Source of the DNA: Elusimicrobiota bacterium
Lineage (GTDB): Bacteria; Elusimicrobiota; Elusimicrobia; F11
Direction of reading: 5' to 3'
Assembly (NCBI GenBank): GCA_003140895.1
Contig: PLLH01000012.1
Span: 3,661-67,660 of the forward strand
DNA: 64,000 bases
The notes beneath the pieces are model-generated. The model was not told the origin of the DNA. It did no database searches and saw only the letters and a program-made list of their open reading frames with translations. Each line of letters begins with the position of its first letter. Within the stretch, counting starts at the first letter, position 1. This document shows, in pieces, positions 17,487 through 26,400 of this stretch. Position numbers and translations under genes: made by a program.

Positions 17487-20400
17487 TTAGGCCTGAATCA
17501 ATATTTTCCTGAAGGTTTCAAACATCCCCAATTGAGACGGCGCCAGCCGAATCGCCTGAAGCGTGTTAAGAATGACGAGGACGTCAAAACTGCGCTGCAG
17601 CGCTTCCCGGGTTGAACGGCCCAGCCCAAGCCCATCGAGATTAAAGAAATTTTCCGCCAGCGGGGCCTCATTTCGGAGACGGAAGCGGTTCACGCGCCCA
17701 GACACCTCTTTGGCCAGCGCTTCATCAGTCATGTCGGGTCCGTTCACCGCTCTCAGCAAACTCCACACTGAGGAATGCGCCTTCCCATTCTCAATAAAAA
17801 TATGTTGTTCCCGGATCGATGTTCCCAGCGTTTTTTCGATTTCACGCGTCAAGACCTCCACGTCCATTTGAGGATCAACAACCAAAATCAAACGGCCCAG
17901 ATGATTCCCCCGGCTTTCTCGCTGCCGTTGCGAGATGGATTGAAGGGCTTGCTCAGCCGCCGCTTTCAGCGTGACGGGAAGCCACTCGTAACTATCCAAA
18001 GGCTGCCCTGTTTCCGTCGTATAACCAAGGCTCTCAACGGAAACGAGGAAGCGGCTGACATCGTTCTTAGAAAGAATCATCGCCAAAATGCCCGCCAGAA
18101 ACGGCGCCACGCGAGCCACGTCGCCCCGCGTCATGGTTCCCTCGCCCACTTTTTTCCTTATCTCATCCCGTAACGCCTTCGCCAATTCCGACCCCGACAC
18201 CAAGGGATCCCCAGTTCCCCCCGCCATTTTTTCTCCAACGTTCAACGAGCGGATGGTTTCCTGATCCATGAACACCGCCAACACCTGATTCAACATCTGA
18301 GCTTTATTGCCATTGTTTTCCTGAACGATTCCGATGAGTTTCGAGGCCAAGGATGAACCGGGCGTCAGTTGGGGCGCGCTATTGTTAACGACGAGATGGA
18401 AAGCGGTGGAGACGAGAATGGGAATGGAAAAGAGGGAGAAAGTGGGAAACGCCATGATGAGCGGGATCGTGACGGCCGCGATCAAAATGGAAAGACCGGC
18501 GTTCACGGGAAGCGGAGGACCCCGCTCCGCGCGAGCCTCTTTATCAAGAGCCCACATGGACAAAACGATCACCCATTCCAGAATATGAATGGCCGCGAAG
18601 ACACCCCACACCCACCACGTCGCCGCTGTCAAATCCATCCCCTGCCCATTGAGAAGCGCCATCGCCCCAAAGGCCAGGCCATTTTCAAGCACAGGCGCGA
18701 CCCACCGGTCATACGCTCCCGACGAGAGCCGGCCGCTGAACATCGGAAGAACAATCGCTTTAAGCCCGATCAGGAGGCCGCCCCTTGAAACCGATTTCAA
18801 TTTTCCCAGAGTAAACCAGTCCTCCGCGTAAGGAAGCCAATTCTCGTTTCGGTGCAACACGGATCTCACGTCCCGGAGTTCGTGAATCGCCGTAGACAAA
18901 GACATCTCGCCCGCTATCATTTTTCTCATGGCCATATGAATTCGCAAATTATTCTTCAAATGATCCGGGAATGTATTGTTCAGGATGCAAGCGAGAGAAA
19001 AAATATCGGATTCGATCGTGGCGATTCCTCCGTCAAAACGATTTTTCGGCGTGTACCCGTCTGAGTGAATCGAGTCTCCAATTTCGTATGTGTGAACGAC
19101 GGGCACAACCGACATGACATCCAGAATCCGGACCCGAATTTTTCCGTCAGACCCTTTTTGAATTTTGATGTTACCTGGTTTCAAATCGCCGTGAAGGAAC
19201 CCGGCTTCGTGCCATTTCTGCATCGTCTCCAAAATGGCGATGGCCTCATCCAACGTCAACGGCTCTTCTTGCGCCCTGTTCCATAAATCTTTTTCCTCGA
19301 TCCACTCCATCAATAAGAAAGAACGGGGGAATTTTTTCCCGACCCCCATTCCGAGAAATTCCGGAGCGGAAACAACCCCTTTGTCGCTAAGATCCTTCAA
19401 TTTTCTCCCTTCGATCCGATTGAAAGCGATGGCATAAACCAACTCCGACAAAAATCGGGGCTCCCCATTGGACATGAGTTGACTGACCGCCCCCACCTTC
19501 ACGGCGATGGCCGGGCCATTGGGACCTCCCACTTCATACGCCTTATAGACCCGTCCAAACCCGCCTCCGTAGGGGCGTCCTTTGATTTCATACGTCTTAT
19601 TTTTTACGGTGACCTTGGTCCCTTGTGGGAGAGCCATGAGCGCTTTATCTATTTCTGTTTGATTCTTTTCCAAGATATACCAGAAGTTTTTTATGGCAGA
19701 CACGTCGTCCAGTTTCTTTTGAAACGGCATATTTCTCTGAGACCAAATAAATTTTTCGTCATAACGCGGGGATACCGTTTTCATCTCCGCATGAATGTCC
19801 CTCACCTCTTGATCCGACAATTGCGCCAATAAAAGATCCCACAATTCCCGCATTTCGCTTGGTTTGGTTTCCGGGACGGGTCCAACCGGGAGAGGAGGAG
19901 GCGATGTCCGAGTAGGCTTGGCCACCGCATCTCTGCCCAACAATTTGTCAAGCGAAGGTCCATAGGTCAGAATGCTGGCAAATGGCCTCCATCGCGGCGA
20001 AACGCCTTTCAACACGCCAGCGTTGTAAAGGACGTGGATTCCCGCTGAACACCAGAAGGCGTAATCGGAAATAAAAACCGGCATGAGAGAAGTGAAAGAA
20101 AGGGAGAAGACGGCGCCGAGGAAAGAACGAACAGTGAAATCCAAGACATCTTGCCGAAGATGAATCTGATTAAAAGCTTCGCGCCATCCACGCTCTTTAG
20201 CCCGCACAATCCACGCCACAATGGTGTGGGCAAATGAAAACGTAACGGTGGCCCAACCAAAACCAACCCCCAGTGCCAACGCAGGACTTAAACCAAATCC
20301 CGTCAAAACTGTTGGAATTGAGGATACCCCCCACTGATGGAAAACTTTGGCCTCCCATAAGGAAGAGACGACAACAATCAAATTCCAATAGAGAAAGGGA

Positions 20401-23400
20401 TGTGACATTTTGAGCCTCTGAATCAACGGCAACTCTGCCAAGACAGCCATCGGCTTCGGCTTATTTTGAGATATGAACTTCTCCAGTTCCCGAATGACCT
20501 GCGCGACATCTTCTGACTGAAGCGCGGGTTCCCCCCGTTCTGCTCTATCCTTTTGCTTTCGCAATGCGGGTGAACCGGCTTTTTTTCCACGCATCTCGTC
20601 ATATCGGATTTGCTCCTTGAGATAGTTCAAATTCTCCTCCAAAAGAGTCAAACCATCGGTAGAACTTCCAGAAAACGTTTTCAAAAAAGCTTTAAAAATA
20701 AACTCGTTATTCTCCTCCGTCTCTCCATAATTTCCATAAAAAGAGATCATCCGCAGAAGACATTTATCCAAACTGACTCTTCTATCCCCCAAATCGACCA
20801 TAACAGCCATCTCAGGAGGGGCAATAAGCGCCCAGGGGAGAAACTTAGCCAAAGGACCGACGGGCGCAGTGAGTTGGGAGCCAAGGCGACTCATCCCAAA
20901 AAAACGGGATTTACTCCTACCGGTTGTCCGAGTGATAATGAAATTTTTCTCGTGGATATCTTTTGGCATCTCGCCCAAGATCCTTGAAATTTCAAGAAGG
21001 CTCTCAACAGCCAACTGCCGATGCCGGGGCAGCAATTCCCTCTTTTCCTTGAGCTCTCTTAATGTCGGGCCGTCAATAAACTCTTCTAAATAAAATTCAA
21101 GATCCCCCCCTTCGTCGACTATTGAAAAATATTTTCCAAAACGCGGAACAAAATCTGTCTCTTCGGACAACAACTCAAGATCTGTCAACTCTATTTTCCT
21201 AATGTCACCGGGAGTTTTGGGCTTCTTGACGGCAACCATGACTTTAAATGGAGATGATTTTTTTAACTCAAAATCCACTCTAAAAACCAACTTATGTGTT
21301 CCCTCCTGATGAAATTTAAGACTAACTTTGCCGGTAAAATCTTCAAGCGCAATGTTATTTCGGGTTAGGTGATTTAAAAAATCCACCACAACTGCTGACT
21401 TATTCTTGAATATAAGATGGGAAATGGCGTGCGATAGACGCACGCTCAAAATGGCGATGTCTAATTCTTTAGGGTCAGTTGTAATGTCATGTGAATAATT
21501 AACTTCCAGTCGATGAAAAATGGATGCCAGCGGCCAATTCTTAAGTAATTGATTGAGCCGCTCCGTTCCCTTTTGAAGAACTCCGAAGTTGTATCCCCGG
21601 TGACTGAACCAAGCCCAGCCAAGGGCAAGGAAAAGGATTGCCGAGGAGACAAGGAGGAAGAGAGAAAAAGACGAAATCAGCGGAAGAGCGAAGAAGACGG
21701 CAAACAAGGGTGTGTGAAAAACGGTACCGGCAACGAAAAGCTTGGTGAGTCGCCACGGGGTTGGCGGAGCCTGGACAGGCGGCGCCTGAGCGTCCGGCGA
21801 TTGTCTCTGTATGTGAAGCGAGGTGAACACCAAGTTGCTCATCACACCTGCGAACACCGCCGCCGATTTATGATCGAACGTGGCTCCAAAGAAACCCAGA
21901 GCCCCTGCGTAGAACGCGGCGAAGAAGACAGCCACCAGCGCCGTCTCAAACAGCGGCGCGACCCGCGTCGAGATTTCATCATCAAGAATGGCTTCCGCGC
22001 CAAAAAGATTCCGAAGCGGATTCAGCAGGAACCGGGTGAATAACCGCGTGAGGCCCCAGGTGGCGGTAGGTGAAGAATTCCTAAATTTGGCGGGAAGACG
22101 GAAATCGGCAGGAGGCGCCCGGTCTTGAGCTGCTTGTTTTACCGCATTCAAAATCCCAAGCCCCGCGCCACCATCTCGAAACCGCTCCAGCACCGCATTC
22201 AAAACTGTTAACTGATCTTTAAGGAACTCTCGATCATGCGTCCACTCCATTTCGGGTTCGCCCCGTTGGATATGGGTTCGCTCATGAGTGGTGGCTTCGA
22301 TAAGTGTATAGAGAAGCCGCTGAAAATTTTCCCTCTCGGAGTTTGAAAAGGAGCGACCGCCCTTAATGAGAAGTTTGTGCAGGGTTTGGAGATCCTCATA
22401 GATGGCGCCCACATCCCAAGCGATATTAAACTGCCCTACCTGCGTATAGGCAATGGCGCCCCTTTTGGCTGACGAAAAGAACTCATGTCGGCATGCTTTT
22501 GCCACTGGCATAACAGCGTCAATCGGAGCCAACACCGCCTCAACCAATCTCTGCCAGGCCAAAAGAATGGACGCCTCGGGATCATTCGGGGAAACGGGAG
22601 AGGCGTTCACTTCCTCTCGGATATTCGCGGCAAAACCGCGGGCCTTGATGAGCAACTGCCCCATTTCTGCTTCGGCTTGAGCGCGCTTAATTTGTTCTTT
22701 CAGCCAATCGGGAAGTTGTTCCAAAATCTCCTTATTCTTGAGGCCCAAAATAATGGCATCAAAACATGAAATTTTCGTTCCTTGAATGGGAATCATAGGA
22801 AGAGACATTAAAAGCAGAATGGAATTTATTTCGGCATTGAGGCCGCGCGCATAAATCGACACATCATTGACTGGTTTCCCTTCCGCCACCCGCTTTGCAT
22901 CCTCGGCAATTCGGGTACCCTCTTTCGGCTTATACGTCGCGGCATTAATAATATAGTCATACGGCAACCGATCCTTAAGATCCAAACGTCCCAGTCCCAA
23001 AAGACGCCCTACGGCGGCCATCCCCGCCAAAGCCAAGGCCGGCTTCAATTCCTCTATCTTTTTTGCGCGCCCCACAAAATCTGTCCGTCCTTCGATGGGT
23101 TCAACATCCGCTTCCAGATTTAGAACAAACCCAAATTCCGAAAGGAGTTCTAAAAACAATCGAGGAATGGGATAGGTGAATTCACCGTTTAACTGGCACA
23201 TGTAAAATTGATTTAAATTAAATGCCTGTTCGCCCACGGCGGCATAAATCTGGATCGCTTCGCCGGTGGAACTTCGCTTTACTTCAGCCAAGGGTTCCAC
23301 CTTATCATTGACCAAAATGTTATTCCATACGACCCTCATCTTTTTCTTATCAAAGAGCCCCACATAGGAGCCTAAACGAACAAAAATTTCAGAAGCAAGA

Positions 23401-26400
23401 AGTCCCGGGTTGTCTGAGGTCTTGCGCCATTCCACCGTCGTGCCGGATTTTTGATTTGTCTGGTTTTGAACGACACGCATACGGACATCGACAAGACGGT
23501 CTCCCTGTCGGACCGGCGTCAAATAAACCACCGTGGTCACGCCGTTTTTGGTGGACCTGACCCTGACATCATCTCCAGAGCGGAATAACGTGTAGAACCC
23601 CTGGCCGAAATGAAGCCAATCCGACGACCACCCGCTGGCGCTTGGCTGGAGCAGTTTGCCGATGATCTCTTGAAGGTCCATTCCAATTCCTTCATCGGAC
23701 ATGGACACCGCCAGTTCTCCGCTATCTTCGACCCAGCTGTTCACCTGGAAAACCGGAACGCTCCCGTCCTTTGAACGCCTGCTTCGGCTCGCTTCATAGG
23801 CGTTGGTGACCACTTCTCTCAAGAAAGCGTATTCGTCGGTCGTCTGTTCATAGGCGCGGCGGATACTCACGCGCGCGCGTTCCTTTAATTCTTGGGGGGC
23901 GCGCCTTGATTTTTCAGACAGGGTTGGAAGATCGCCGGCATTCGTCACCGATTTGAATTGGGATTCGCTCTCTCTATTTTGACCCATCGCCAAAATCAAA
24001 TCAGAAACTTCGACTTCAACACTCTGCTGATCTGCGGCGCCAATGGCGGAGGGCGGTTTCGAGCCGAGAGGAGGGGAATCGCTGTAGGATTGATGAAGAT
24101 GAGCCGCCAATCGGGCGCTCAGCATTCCCCTGGTTTTAAGAATCTCTTGTAGATCCTTTAACTGAAAACGGTATAGATTAGAAATAATATCAGCTTGACC
24201 CCTTCGATTATCGGAGTTCAAAAAAGAAAACTCTTGTAAGAGATCCTTTGCTTCATTCTCGCTCAAACCCGACACCAAAGACTCAAAAAGCATATTGGCT
24301 TTTTTTACTAGACTCCAAATGCCCTTGTTATCGTTAGGACCAACAGGTTCCTTTTGATACAGGGAAAAAAGCAAACTCTTGTATACTTCAACCCAACCCA
24401 TGTTAGTCAGATATTCTGGAAGATGTCGAAACCGGGTTTTGAAATAATCTGTTTTCGATCGTTCATCAGGAGGCATAAAATAGTCCAGCAGGCTTTTAAT
24501 GAAGAATCCTCTTTCAGAAAATACAGTAAAGACTGCATCATGCATTCCCACCCCCCCATACCGGTGCCCAAGCCAATACATTTCAAAGACCAGAGGATTG
24601 TCAATTTTGTACCAATCTGCTTTCCCCTCAAGGTTTTTTTGGTACCTATCCATCAATTCACGATAGACCAAGTAGAGAACAACATCTTGAATAATGACGT
24701 TGCTGTAGCTCAGCAGGGATCCTTCTTCAATGAGGAGATTAAATTCATAAAAATTTTTATTTTCAATATGATATTTGCGTATCAACTCCTTCGCTTCAGC
24801 GGAGATAACCGGCATGATCGGTTTTCCACCGCTCGTAAACAGCGAGCGAAATCGGTCAGGGAAGGACTCCCAAAAACTCCGAGGAAGAAGATTTACAAGC
24901 TCATCGGGTGGATACAAAACATTCGATAATCTATCCCAAAGTATAAATTCCTCTCTCGTCCTTGCATCTTTAGTCCCTTGTGAAAAAAATCTGTGAAAAT
25001 TAAAAGAAGAATCATTCCCCTTGAGGCCGGCCGTCTCAAATCCTTCGGTCTCATGTGCGGATTGAAGAAGTAAAGGTTTTTCTGTCTGAATGAGAGGATC
25101 GATATCGTCCCCTTCCTGCGCGGCCCGGGCCACATCCGCCACCGCTTGAAGAGCCGCCAGCGCTTCATCTTGGGTCTCCGAATTTTGAATCGCTCCTCTA
25201 AGGGATGGATCGACCAGAAGGATTCCGCCTTTGGCCAACCTCGCCCCCATAGGTCCCTTGGATTGACTCAAACGAACATAGACAATCTGGCGGAATTGAC
25301 TGTCTCGCATCGAGTCCGGGATTATCTGTTGACCGCGAGGCAAAAGTTCTTTTCTGATGAAAAAGAGGTTGGCCTGGTTCGGCACCAACGACTCTCTTAA
25401 ACTCACGTCGTCCTCCAATACCAGCCAACTATTCTTAACCGATGATCGCTGGAGGAATCCCTCTACGTGAGACCTTAGGTTCTCCATTGGATCTGAAGAC
25501 ATTACTCTCGTTTTCCCCGGAGGCGTATCTTTTTGGAGAGATTCAACAACGGGATAAAGGAGGTTCGCCATTCGGCAAAAAAGATCGGGTCGAGAATCGA
25601 ATCTCTCAGCGAGGGTGTCGATAAGGCGTTCCAACGCTTTTAAAACCGCTTGAGTCGATTTGATTTTGTCTCTGTCGCGGGCATAGTCAAAAAGATCCTT
25701 GTGAAAATCCAACACGGCCTCACCGAACTCACCAAAGGTTTCAAACCGAACAGTGGTGAAATAGACCCCGTTGATCAGGATATGGACTCCCGTTTCTTGG
25801 CCCCGGCGGGTCGTGGCCGTCTGAGGAGGAACTCTCATGCTGACGGCGCCGTCGACATCCGCAATTCTCTTAACACCCTCCTGAGAATTCAATATCCACG
25901 GTTTTCCATCCATCACCTCAATGACGGCATCTGACTTATGACGTAAAACTTTCTTGGCTTCCGTTAAGACGGAGTCTCTTTGAATTTGAGATGAAATGAT
26001 TTCAACTTCAGAACCATGACCAAGACGCGCCGCCTCTCCGGGAGAAAGTTTTAAGCAACTCATCATCAACTGACCGTTGTCTCCAAGAGAAAATTCAAAA
26101 CGATTGGCTTCCATGCCGGACACCGTCCAGATGACGACTTTGTCATCAGGTCCGGTCAAATAAGAAAAAATAGACAAAAATCCAGTGCCAAACCGGCCCG
26201 TGGTTCCTGACTGCTTAAAATTTCCACCCTCTCCGGGGTTCAAGAGCTTGGTCAAATCAGCGAGGGAAATACCCTCTCCCCAATCACGGACAACGGCCCG
26301 GCCATCTTGAATGGTGAATTGCACCTTTTTTTCCGAGTTAAATTTACTTCTGAAATTAAGACGCTCCTCCGTATCAATCGCGTTAAGAAGAATTTCAATA

